In this document: positions 40,457-50,307 of the stretch, piece after piece | Layout of the letters: each line of letters begins with the position of its first letter | Numbering within the stretch: position 1 is the stretch's first letter | Origin: Octopus sinensis | Lineage: Eukaryota | Assembly: GCF_006345805.1 (NCBI RefSeq) | Contig: NC_043019.1 | Span: 16,863,360 to 16,927,359 of the forward strand | Length of the DNA: 64,000 nt | Direction: 5' to 3' | Notes under the pieces: generated by a model | Told to the model about the DNA's origin: nothing | Database searches by the model: none | What the model saw: the letters and a program-made list of their open reading frames with translations, nothing else | Made by a program: the position numbers and the translations under genes

Positions 40457-43400
40457 AATACACACACTACCTTATCACTCTAACTCTCACTAAACTCCTG
40501 ATGTTCCTTTTCAATTTCTCTCCTCTTACCTCCTTCCCTAACTCTGTCTTTACTTTTTCACAACAATAAACTTGTGTAACTCCAATAAGAACTGTCTTGG
40601 TCCTTAACGAACCACCTAACTTATCCTGGCATGGTCAACAAACCCATTCCATCACTGGGTCCACCCACTCAACCCACACCATTACCATTGCCTTCGTCCT
40701 TTACACTCACCCCTCACATAACTTCCCCTTCTCCCCTTTCCTCTGTTTCTTTCACCCTCACACCAACACCATTCCTCCTCTTATTCTCTCCATTCATTCT
40801 CACACAATAAATCTCTTCTTTCCATTATGGAGATGGAGAAGGGCTGTCTTCTGCCTTGCAAGGAGAAAATGTGACCCTAACAGTATTTGGTTCCACAAAA
40901 ACTAGCCAGCATTCTCTGTAAGTTATCAGTAATTTATTCAAGTAGCAACACAACATGGTTTGAGAGGTCCATTTAGTTTTGTTGATGGTAAGGCATCCCC
41001 CATAATGCAAGTGCCACAAAAAAAAAAAGTATCCAGAATATTCTATAAAGTGGTTGAAGTTAGGAAGGCCAAACACGACAGCATGGAAAATGGACATAAA
41101 ACCACGTGCAGTGTAGTTAGTAACTTCAGGATAAGAGCAAAATGGTTACTCAGAAGATGACTGGTGTGGAGAAGAAGGGTCTGGAAGCTTAAGGATCCTG
41201 CGAATGGACAGAGATTTAGAGACATATTACTTGAAGCTTTTGATGAAAAAGAGGAGGATATAGAATCACAAAATGAGGACAACTGGAGGTTCCTATGGGA
41301 CAACCAGTTGAGGGCTACTGACTAGATCAGTGGCTGGTGCAAAGTCCCCCCTTGACCTAAGGTGACATAATGGTGGAACAATGTAGTTAGTTGACAGGGC
41401 CATTAGGGAAAAGAAACAAGCGTGGAAGGACTGGAAGTGTGGTGGTAGCAGGGAACTCTATCAGATTGCCAAAAGGGAAGCTAGAAGACAGGTTTACTTA
41501 GCCAGAGGGGAAGCAGATAGGAATTTGCCAATGTTCTGCATCATAAGGACCAGAGTCTTGAAGTGTTTCGAATTGCAAGACAGTGTGTAAGCGAAGCATC
41601 AGATGTAGTATACAAGAGAGATGACTGTGCTGGTGTGGTCATGTGATGCGTATGGACGAGGACACGTGTGTGAAGAAGTGTCACACCCATACTAGTGGTA
41701 TATAAAAAGCACCCACTACACTCTCGGAGTGGTTGGCATTAGGAAGGGCATCCAGCTGTAGAAACCTTGCCAAATCAAATTGAGGCCTGGTGTAGCCCCC
41801 ACCCCCCGCCTTACCAGTTCTCAGTAAAACCGTCCAACCCATTCCAGTATGGAAAGTGTACGTTAAATGATAATGTTGATGGTGCACACATGGGCACATT
41901 TTTTTTCTTTTGTAAAACTTATAACAATAACAACAGCCTTTGAGGATAAAGTGAGCCAAAACTAGAAATGCAGGTCCACAACAATCAATGTTGGCAAAAA
42001 GAAAGGTAGAAATGGTAAGAATATAGAGGTGAGTAGATGTGTGCTGCATGCCAGAGGTGAGATGGAGAGGAGCCGCAACCATTTATATTAATAAAATAAC
42101 AATTCGTATAATCATTGATATTTTAAAGTTTATCTCTACAAATTTTCTATGGAATTTAGAGCCAGCACCGAAAGTTACGGATATGTCTGTGTGAACTATG
42201 TGATCAAAGACAGAAAAAATAGGCAATAGGTGTATCTGCATATTTCAAGAGTTCTTGCTTCACATCCAACCCACTGACCATCCATGAATGCCTTGCTTAA
42301 AGAGACACTAAGTTTAGCAATATAGAAGACCAATTTATAAATGAAACATGTTCCTGGTAACTGGTATTGGTAGTTTCTCTGTTTCTCTCATTTATTCAAT
42401 TTTGTTAATTAATTATGGGCAAATAAGGGACGAACTGATGAGTACTTACGCTGTGAAATTTGATACATAAAATTGTTCTGGTAAAATCACATCCCAAATA
42501 ATTTTCTCTGCCTTCTTGTTCTCGTTGACCAATTCCCCTGTAATCAGGGTCGTGGAAAATCGGTAATGAACATCAGAATGAATCTTCACTTTCTTAAAGT
42601 ATGGCGCTGACTGAAAAAATGAAGCAATTACATCATCAAATGTTTAATTTTTATAACAAAATTTATTATAAACATATCGAATATAGGCATGGGTGTGGCT
42701 GTGGGGATAAAAGCTTGTGGTCTCGGGTGTCTTGTGGCACCTTGGGCAAGTGTTTTTATAGCCCTGGGCTTACCAAGGCGTTGGGAGTGGATTTGGTAGA
42801 CAGAAAATGGAAGAAGCCCCACACGTGTGTATGTGCAACCTTGTTTTGATATAATATGGTTGTAAATGAACATCCCTGTCATACAAGCGATGTTGTTTGT
42901 TTCTAACCTTCCACTGGAAAACATGTCTGGCCATGGGGTGACAGGGAGAACATCAAACTGTAGGAAATTTGACTCAACAAATTCCATCTGACCCATGCAT
43001 GGAAAAATGGGTGTTAAAATATGATGATGATGATTGTTAACTGTAGGTCAGATTGAGCTGGTCTAAGATAATCTAAGTTCTAAGAATGAAAAATCGAAGC
43101 TAATATTTTATAAAACTAGGAAGACTTCAACATTGACTTACAAAATATAAAGATGGCTGTGGGGTAAGAAGTTTGCTTCACAACTGCAGGGTTGCGGGTT
43201 CAGTTGCACGGCGTGACATCTTGTTCAAGTGTCTTCTACTGTTGCCTTGGGCCGACCAAAGCCTTGTGAGAGGATTTGGTAGACGGAAACTGAAGGAAGC
43301 CTGTCGCGGCACATGCGTGTATATGTTTACACACACACACACGTGTGTGTGTGTCTATGTTTCTCCTCACCGCCGCTTGATGACCGGTATTGGTGCTTAT

Positions 43401-46400
43401 GTCCCTGTAACTTAGTAGTTCAGCAAAAGAGACCGATAGGATAAGTACCAGACCTCAAAAGAAAATAAGTACTGATGTCAATTAGTTTGGCTAAAATTCC
43501 TCAAGGCGATGCCCCAGCATGGCCGCAGAAAAATGACCGAAACCAGTAAAAGACAGGCGTGAAGATGCCTTTTGAAATGGCAATTGTATTTCATCGTCGA
43601 TCGGTGAAATTGTAACAAAATATCTTGTAGTTTTAATCTTCATATTTTTCTTTGATGACTTCTTATCAACTTTGAATTCAGCCCACCTTAATCTTTAGGT
43701 GATTTGCAGGCACCAGATGTTGGCAACTCCTAATTATTATAACAATGAAAATTACACCAGACAAGTGGTTCCAGACAATTGGATTGAAGAAAGAGCAACA
43801 ATGCATTCGTCATCAAAGAAACTTGCAGATATGAAGCGAATAAATCATTACAAGTGTTTTGGAACTTTGCGTTTTGATTAGCATCTAACAATATCCCTTC
43901 AAAATGTTTATATAATTTCAATAAATCATCATTTTATTTTGTTGTGTTTGGGGAGAGTAATTTTCTTTTTGTGCCTCATAATTTTGTGATTTTATTTTCT
44001 CTCTTCAAATAAAGAAGCACTGTTCTGACATAAACGAATATATAAAATTTTCCCTTCAATTGCACGACAGAAATACAGAAATTTCTGCCCCAATTACTTT
44101 GAAAAAATTATACTGAAAGAAAACTGCAGTTACCTGAAACGCCAGGTAAATTTCCTGAATCACCCGAAGAATCAATTATTGCCAGTTCTTCCCTGTGTAA
44201 TGTATTGTTGTCTCCCAGAAAATCTGAAATACCGGTTTATTCTAAAGTTTGTAGGTTAAATCGAAAACGTTAACTGCCTTCCAGGTTCAACGGTTACGTG
44301 AGTAGAAGCAGAGAAAATAACACCAGTGTTAGTTGCCCAGCTATTTATGTAGTTCTTCAGCAGAGAAAAGGTGTAAAATATGCTTGGACATGATGGTGGG
44401 AAACATCTTGAAGCGTGACTATGGAGAAACAAGAGTAGCTTTGAAGCTCCAATCCTTGTAGCTAAACCCAGTGAAGAACACAGTACACTGATTGAAAAAC
44501 CAGGTGCCAACATGGTTTATACAGGAAGTGAACCTTTTTAAAAGTGAAGCGATTTAATTGAAATAATCAACCATTATTTTTCTTTAGGCATTCTCCCATT
44601 CATGCCCAAATCAAATCAGTCGTTTTAAGGGAAATCTGGAATTAATGATGGCAAGCATTTTCTTGAAGATTTGCAATCGCATGAAAACTCAGTAAATCAG
44701 ATGAAATGTCTTAAAAAGTTGAGACATGACTGTGATTACACACTAATGAAACAAGATACGAATCAGGCGTGGAGAATTAATGAGAGCGTTGGTGTAAAGT
44801 TTATGAGTGTTTAATTAGTATCAGTCTGTACTTAGCTGAAAACAAATTGGATCTTTTCGCTTTGACCGGCAGATTTTTAAAATAATTTCTTTGTAACTAA
44901 ACACTTTTAAACTTCGTATACTGGTAGAATGTCTTATAAAACATCTTTTTCTCTTGGCTTTCCTGAGAAAATTCTGTAGTTTGTAAGCTATTTGTTGTTT
45001 AATTTCTTGCATTTCGGCTATTTCAACCAATCAATGACGTCTGTTGAGGTGAATACAATTTCTGCCGTAGTTTGTCAACAACATTTTCTGGTGGTGTCAT
45101 ATGAATTTGTCACTGTTATTTATGACATATTTCATATCAGTTACGTTCGTATGAATAAAAGATTATCGTTATTAAACTTTTATTAATAAACACATATTCT
45201 AAGTTCACAACATATGCAGTTTTAATTTCCCTCTCTGTTGTACAGATACACACATTACATATTATATATTCGTTTTAGAAACAGATTGGGTTTATTTACA
45301 TTTCTGAAGAAAAAAAGATACCCTTTCCCCCACCCCTAACCCTAACCCGACCCTAACTCTAACCCTAACCCTAAAACAGATTTAAATGCAATAGATCGAT
45401 ACTAGGGTCATAATTATGGGTGGACACTAAAGAGGGAACGGTTTTGTTATCCAGCTCTGTTTACGAGTGACCCCTCAGTTTTTGGTCCCAGGGTATCTTT
45501 TTTCTCATAAATAACAGTGACACCGCCAGAAAATGTTGTTGACACACTACGGCAGAAATTGTATTCACCTCAACAGACGTCATTGATTGGTTGAAATTGC
45601 CGAAATGCAAGAAATTAAACAACAAATAGCTTACAAACTACAGAATTTTCTCAAGAAAGCCAAGAGAAAAATATGTTTTATAAAGACATTCTACCAGTAT
45701 ACGAAGTTTAAAAGTGTTTAGTTACAAAAAAATTATTTAAAAAATCTGCCGGTCAAAGCGAAAAGATCAGTAGCATTAATTCATTATCGTGCAAATGGGT
45801 GAGAAAGAGCGTTAACATTAGCAAAGGAATTAGACGAGTCCATTTGTAAAGTAGAAGAATAAATTGAAAAATAAGACTGTTTGAATAATACGAATGCATT
45901 GACGCAGTCTCTAATACAAATGACCCAGAAAGATTACAAAAAAAAGGAAAAAAAAAAAAGAAAACATTTGTTCGATGTAATACTAGACTCAGCTATTAAT
46001 CCTTTATCAGACTTAAACAGTTGTAAAGTTTCAATAACACATGGAGATTTTTAAAAATAAACTCAGACTAGTATGTTATGTTTGAAAGGATAAGTTAGAA
46101 TACCAAGCAAATGGTGAGATTAACAGATGTGATCTGATCTGACAGAATCTTGCGATTTCCAGGTGATGCAATGTTTCCCATAGAAACCTTAGGATGTGTT
46201 ACAGGTTGCGTTGAAAATAATGCTTAATGTTCTTAAGGTGCATATAACTGTGGCTAGGAGAAAGCGAAGCTTTAATATAAAGATTTATTTACGGTTGTCC
46301 ATGACACAAGACAGATTAAATTCTTTGGCAATTTTGCCAATTGAAAACGATTTTGTAAAAATAGAAACTTCTATGAAAACATTTATAGATCAAGAAAAAA

Positions 46401-49400
46401 ATGTTTTAAAAGAACCTATTGTCTCAACATCTCTTCTTTTGCTCACGATCTTTAATTCATTAGCAAAATATTCGTTACGTCTCGAGTTTTAATCGTCAAT
46501 TTTTTTCTCAATTTTATGTTTCTTTGTAATTATTTTTATTTGTAATTATGCTTTGATTGTAGATTATTTGTAAATCAAATCTACATGGAACTTATAACAA
46601 GTTGTTCATACATTATTTAAAAGAAAAACAATGTATTTACAGTAACGCCTCGACTATCGCGGGTGTTACGTTCCATAAACTCCCAAAGTATAAATACCTA
46701 TCGGCCGCAGAAACCCGCGATATAAATTTACATAGATTAGCCAGAAAAATCCACGATGTACTGAGTGCGCGATAGGTGAACCGCGATATGGCCAGGGATT
46801 ACTGTATTATTGTTAAGTGTTTGTTAAAAAAAAAAAGTAATTTATTAAGTTACGTCCAAATAGGTGGAAATGGCTATCCCACTTACAGAAGAAGAGGACC
46901 AGAAAAAGAGGGTTTCCAATCTTGGTTTGACAGTAGGAAATTGGCAACAGGTGTTGTGTTCCCTACTGTTCATTCCTGACCAAAACATTTAATGCGCATT
47001 AATTTCAAGTTTTACAATTCAATAAAAGCCATCAAATATGTTTATAGATATTTGTTAATTGCACAATTCCAGCAAGAACACTGAATCGACAACAAGGAAG
47101 CCTTCGAGCGCTTTTTCTTCTTTCCCTTTCATGAAGACATCCTCCCGCCACCATTCACCAACATGCTGTCTACTCATAAAATGGCCAGCAGATTTACTTC
47201 ACTCAAGTAACTAGAGCACAGTAAGCACAATGGCCAACGAGCAGAAGGCTTACAGCCTTTTACAAGTCGTGGCACTATGATTCTTTTGTAAAGATTCTTT
47301 TAGGAACAAGAAATAATGGAGATGGAGAAAACCAAGCAGACATGAGTTCTGGCGGTATCATTGGTAGAGAATATAGCGCACACTCTAGCAAACATGAATA
47401 CTTCTTGTTATGACATCTCCATAAAATGTGAGGTTCAACTTCGTTTCAAAATTTCTGAATAGTTATTGTCAAGGTTTGCAATAGAACGCGACATATTTGA
47501 TACGTGGCGACTGGTGAGCCAGTGGGGTGAAACACAGAAGCTTCTGCGTCTCAAACAGCCAAAAGTCTTAAGGTTTTTTTTCGCCATGCTGTTAAAATGC
47601 TGTGAAATCATCCTTCAGCTTTGGCTCAACTGTCATAATGACCTTGCCAAAGATTTCAAGTATCAAACAGATTTACACTGGTGAAATCTACAGTGCAGCC
47701 CTCATCGATAAACTCAGCGATATGAATTGCCAAGAACTTTGAAAATACGAACTTCCTCGATCTAATCATACTGAAGTGAATATCCTAGCACAGTCGTGAA
47801 CGGCCTTTTTCGAGATACGGGTTGCATGAGGCATGGATCATCATCAGGGCGGACCGCATAACTAAAAGAATTCAAGCTGAAGTTTTCATTAGGTGTGCCA
47901 TTCAGAAAGTCCTGCGGACCACAGTTTGTCCATGACCGATCTAGCACCAGAACTTTTGAAAGACTCCATCATATAATGCTGATACATTAATATCCTATGT
48001 CAATGGCCATATATCCCGACTCGTTGCAGAGTAGAGAGCAGAATTTTTTGTTATTTTTAGGACTTGCTATCCACAAACACTCATTATATGTTTGCTTGGA
48101 TGTTTTTTTTTTTATTCCTATTATATCATTCTGAGATTGATTATCCGTTGTAATTGTTCTGTGCGCTAAGAGTAAAGTTTAAAATTGCTGTCGGCTTACA
48201 AATGTGATTACATTTATAATAACAATAAAGGAAAACGATGAAGTACAAATGTTTTAAGTTACAAATGTTTTAAGTTTCATAAATAAAAGAATATTTTAAG
48301 TTAATTATTAAATTTAGTAAGAGTCTACAATATGCTTCATTTTTTTTTTTTTTTTACTGAGATTGTTAATTAATGGATAGTAATTGGTAAAAGACTGAAT
48401 ATTATCAGTGGTTTTAACTCTAAATACAAAATGTTGTCTCAGAGGAAAAGGATTTGCCCAAATTCCCGTTGCACCCGGCCTGCAACCCTTACCCCCGTAA
48501 GGGATTCATCTGATCCATCACCACCTCTATACCATGTGAGGAGTAGGATAATTTTAAATTCCACCAAATCCTGGAAAAGTTATACCAGATGGCATGTGCC
48601 AAGACATGTTTCATATAGAATATGCCAAATATGCTCCAATACATGCCCGTCATTAAGGGGGCGCGTACTGGGCGGCACTTCTCCCTCTCTATCCAATGGT
48701 ACACCCTCAAATTTACTGGGATACACTTATTTCGAAATTCCACTTTAGAATTATTAGACAGTAGTACCCACCCAGAACGCGTTCAGAAGCAACCCCAGAC
48801 ACCAAAGTCTGGCGAGGGGCTTGCTTTAAAACTTGTCCACATAAACTTTAAATTCACGGAAACAGAAAAATGAGATAATGTAACTTTCACATTTTCTGAA
48901 GCGCACGAGATATGAAGGAGGGAGACAAAAAATCCCCTTATCGCGGGGTTTTTTTCTGTCCTATTTATTTCTATTTCTCCAATACTGTGGTGATTTCCAT
49001 CGATTTCCTTTGTTATATCATCTTACATCATTTGGTGGATGCTTATAATTATAATTAAATTATTGCTGGCGGAACTTGTAGAGAGTTGCATTTATATTCT
49101 TTCATATCGCAATGCCGCCCTTCTTACGTTTTGAATTCAAATCTTGGTTCAACTTTACTTTTCAAAACTTCCGTATAATTGAATATAAACAAATCGTGTG
49201 TAGGGATCAATTCACCGAATTAGAATTCTACTCTAGAAATTTGTGACCTTGTGTTGTTAATTATAAAATAAAAGTCACATAAATTCAATTTATAATATCT
49301 GCGAACAGCTTCAGGGTCAAACTTCACTGATTGTAAACATTTTAAGCAAAACAGGGTTTTGTATGCGCCCTCGTTTATTATAATTCGTTCGGTTCAACAA

Positions 49401-50307
49401 ATAATGTAATATTTAAGAATTAATGTCAATAGGTCGTTATTCGATGTTCAGAGGAATTTTACAAACTTGATATTTTAACCAAACATCTATCAACAATTAA
49501 ATCCAGTTAACCTCTGGCTCATTGGTGTTGCATCGTTAATTTAATGTTGCTTAACCTTCGTTTTCCTTTTCTGTTATCTAAAACTACGATAGTGGGGAAG
49601 CTTTGTTGTCAGTGAAGATTTTACTGCAGAAGATAATTAAAAATTAATTGTACATATTTTATCATCCCTGGAGGTTTGAACCACTGAAGTCGGCTCTGAT
49701 TTCAGTGGTGAAAACGGCGGGAGTGCGTGTGTGGGGGGAGGGTGTGATCTAACCAGCTTAAAGAATCACAGCCGGCGAAGGATCAGATTCAGTTTCCATT
49801 CGGTTGTTTCTTCCTTACGAAAGAAGTCTGTAAGTATTCAGATTAATGGGGAAGTTGTGATGTTTATTCTTTTTCCAAGTATTTATGAAAGAAAATTGAG
49901 AAGGTTATATTCCCGAATCTAACCCAGGACGCGAACTCAGCTCGCCGATCGCCACTCCAACCCCGTTCCCACCAAATAGATAACAAAACAACTTGGGTTA
50001 ACAATCATTATTTCTTCACAGAAATCTAAACCCCACCAAAGTCAACTTCCCAGGGTTGATAAAATAAAATACCAGTAAAATACTCACATAACTTTCTGGC
50101 CTCGTGCCTTAGTAAGAAAGTATTATTTCTTTATGAAATAAAAATAAATTGGGAAAATAAAATTGAAATTTAAAAAAAGAATTGAAGTTAAATTTGTCCC
50201 CTTACCTTGTCATCTGCCGTTACAGAGTGGAAAGACATCAAAGTTATAAGAATTAAAACAAACATTGTATATCGATGAGAAGTTAAAAGCCGATGAGTTG
50301 TAGCCAT
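13918..50307 (-). CDS. ITIH: Inter-alpha-trypsin inhibitor heavy chain-like protein (signal peptide-VIT-VWA-ITI_HC_C), 12 exons, about 839 aa
   Basis: Exons 50206-50307, 42450-42610, 36184-36264, 33749-33966, 31947-32110, 29978-30263, 27570-28267, 26584-26641, 25197-25280, 23676-23789, 21526-21870 and 13918-14126 total 2520 nt. All are GT-AG with matching phases. Family motifs: LLKRRLGLYE, FVLDVSGSM, FLTDG, GSEIVVAG, SLTSM, GDPHF, ICFNV, GIL-G, CW. Subfamily not assignable. Confidence 0.9.
16050..16570 (+). mobile_element. RTE LINE fragment (post-RT region)
   Basis: ETRVRRAWAKFRE..PLLATK.FSLRVKGRLYDA...MLHGSETW...RLERNEASM...LHWYGRV. Confidence 0.8.
16783..16883. repeat. 101-bp near-perfect palindrome
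   Basis: 50-bp arms around C16833; one mismatch (16800/16866). Confidence 0.97.
18170..18540 (+). mobile_element. SINE family A
   Basis: GGCGCAGGAGTGGCTGTGTGG head through GACTGAAACAAG tail. Confidence 0.9.
19011..19190 (-). mobile_element. Penelope-like element GIY-YIG endonuclease C-terminal remnant
   Basis: HIHLLKNTNIPYTLSWSIL...Y......CKLCLKEALHI matches the PLE I..LK......W.IL......C.LCL.EK..I pattern. Confidence 0.7.
19650..20400. repeat. Compound (ATT/ATC/GTC/GTT)n microsatellite, ~750 bp
   Basis: Direct reading; a second tract at ~20915-21140. Source of the spurious poly-L/I/N ORFs. Confidence 0.97.
20401..20910 (-). mobile_element. ~510-bp LINE-3'UTR-like repeat with (AAT)n tail
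   Basis: Closely homologous copy at ~53500-54000 (+); both end CTCTCACTC followed by AAT repeats. Confidence 0.7.
21526..21870 (-). CDS. ITIH: ITIH-like exon 11, ITI_HC_C domain
   Basis: TTCTTTGTAG acceptor, GTAAG donor; ...DFLDFYILKGNGLSMKTRGIL. Confidence 0.9.
22989..23395 (+). mobile_element. SINE family A
   Basis: Full-length, low divergence from the other copies. Confidence 0.9.
23676..23789 (-). CDS. ITIH: ITIH-like exon 10 with GDPH site
   Basis: TTTCTTTTTCAG acceptor, GTTAG donor; GGGDPHFIMDIRGLSIPICFNVAGHLKRAMILVDDPST. Confidence 0.92.
24697..24898. mobile_element. Mariner-type MITE (~200 bp), copy 1
   Basis: Ends GAGGGGATGCTGAAAAGTTCCTGGCTTT / AAAGTCAGGAACTTTTCAGCACCC; homologous to 36431-36647. 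Confidence 0.75.
25197..25280 (-). CDS. ITIH: ITIH-like exon 9, linker (KLLGHGEVNELFPSDSRTFGVYGKYGG)
   Basis: TTGTTTCTTTACAG acceptor, GTAAGG donor, open symmetric phase 1-1 84-nt exon; no conserved motif, so it could be skippable. Confidence 0.7.
26584..26641 (-). CDS. ITIH: ITIH-like exon 8 (YNYLMSLTSMEILKSQKRN)
   Basis: TTTTATTTGCAG acceptor, GTAAG donor; matches the family Y.FVTPLTSMVV motif. Confidence 0.85.
27570..28267 (-). CDS. ITIH: ITIH-like exon 7, VWA remainder and hybrid domain
   Basis: poly-T-CAG acceptor, GTATGT donor; SDINNAIL...VFFLTDG...VPIYSI...FQKGSEIVVAG...EKIFAFLS...KLALE. Confidence 0.93.
28931..29470. repeat. 22-bp minisatellite (ACCTTAAATTGAGAGATAGGGT) with higher-order blocks
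   Basis: More than 20 units, some interrupted by (GA)n. Confidence 0.95.
29978..30263 (-). CDS. ITIH: ITIH-like exon 6, VWA start with MIDAS DxSxS
   Basis: TTTGTTTCCAG acceptor, GTAAGT donor; VSNGYFVHFL...LPKDIIFVLDVSGSM...DRFGLVFY. Confidence 0.93.
31602..31739. repeat. 16-bp tandem repeat (ACATCTCTTGCACCTG / GCGTCTCTTGCACCTG)
   Basis: About 8 units read directly. Confidence 0.92.
31947..32110 (-). CDS. ITIH: ITIH-like exon 5
   Basis: TTCTGTTTTAG acceptor, GTAAGT donor; LSQQATIKEMTSRSVAVTYS...GKFCIKFDVKREDDVSNNLL. Confidence 0.88.
32286..32719. repeat. 62-bp tandem repeat, 7 units
   Basis: Units start at 32286, 32348, 32410, 32472, 32534, 32596 and 32658, nearly identical. Confidence 0.95.
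32720..32905 (+). mobile_element. RTE-tail-type short repeat family B ending in (GAT)n
   Basis: AAAAGCACCCACTACACTC...GGAAAGCGGACGTTAAACGATGACGATGAT; other copies ~9600-9840 (-), 24450-24615, 41705-41880. Confidence 0.8.
33749..33966 (-). CDS. ITIH: ITIH-like exon 4, VIT C-terminus
   Basis: CTCTTTTGCAG acceptor, GTAAG donor; FTLQLNIPAKSTVNISVIYHGLLKRRLGLYEHIMYLLPGQEIENLDIDVNIEE. Confidence 0.92.
36184..36264 (-). CDS. ITIH: ITIH-like exon 3 (NIADHSYYGKVVTKSDQVHNARRQFI)
   Basis: TATTTCTCCAG acceptor, GTAAGT donor, phase 2-2; corresponds to the I.G..Y.G.VKEK segment of VIT. Confidence 0.8.
36431..36647. mobile_element. Mariner-type MITE, copy 2
   Basis: Ends GAGGGGGTGGGGCTGGAAAATTCCTGGCTTT / AAAGCCAAGAACTTTTCAACAGCCCCT; internal sequence shared with copy 1. 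Confidence 0.75.
37017..41218 (+). repeat. ~400-bp dispersed direct duplication (37017-37419 and 40813-41218)
   Basis: Near-identical text from CTCTTCTTTCCATTATGGAG to GGACAGAGATTTA. Confidence 0.92.
39898..40422. mobile_element. Foldback Tc1/mariner-derived MITE with ~193-bp inverted arms
   Basis: Arms 39898-40090 and 40230-40422, about 9 mismatches, TA-rich flanks; centre plus right arm encode a transposase C-terminus (LWGYVIDHVY...GGHIEHL*). Confidence 0.85.
41108..41630 (+). mobile_element. RTE LINE fragment (endonuclease-RT linker)
   Basis: RRVWKLKDPANGQRFRDILLEAF...WWNNV.DRAIREKKQAWKDWK...YQIAKREARRQVYLAR. Confidence 0.8.
42450..42610 (-). CDS. ITIH: ITIH-like exon 2, VIT N-terminus (SAPYFKKVKIHSDVHYRFSTTLITGELVNENKKAEKIIWDVILPEQFYVSNFT)
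   Basis: TTTTTTCAG acceptor, GTAAGT donor; VIT-type pattern I.S.V.YRF.TT.I...V.N....E....V.LP...SNF. Confidence 0.88.
44850..45768. repeat. ~260-bp inverted repeat pair enclosing a (CCCTAA)n tract
   Basis: Arms ~44850-45125 and 45506-45768; about 7 telomere-type units at 45334-45374. Confidence 0.9.
46205..46400 (+). mobile_element. hAT transposase C-terminal dimerisation-domain remnant
   Basis: HITVARRKRSFNIKIYLRLSMTQDRLNSLAILPIEND resembles the hATC motif ERSFS..K..LR..M.Q.RL..LA.L.IE. Confidence 0.75.
46640..46804. mobile_element. Tigger/pogo-type MITE
   Basis: TA-flanked; ends CAGTAACGCCTCGACTATCGCGG and (rc) CAGTAATCCCTGGCCATATCGCGG. Confidence 0.75.
50206..50307 (-). CDS. ITIH: ITIH-like exon 1, signal peptide (MATTHRLLTSHRYTMFVLILITLMSFHSVTADDK)
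   Basis: ATG in GGGATGG context with an upstream in-frame stop; hydrophobic core; GTAAG donor in phase 0, matching exon 2. Confidence 0.75.

Noticed and set aside
44134-44223. 90-nt AG/GT-bounded segment open in phase 1 (minus strand)
   Set aside because: ITIH intron 1 is phase 0 and that frame contains a stop; no homology recognised.
49920-49975. tRNA-like sequence on the minus strand
   Set aside because: Only a B-box-like word; no cloverleaf. At most a SINE-head remnant.
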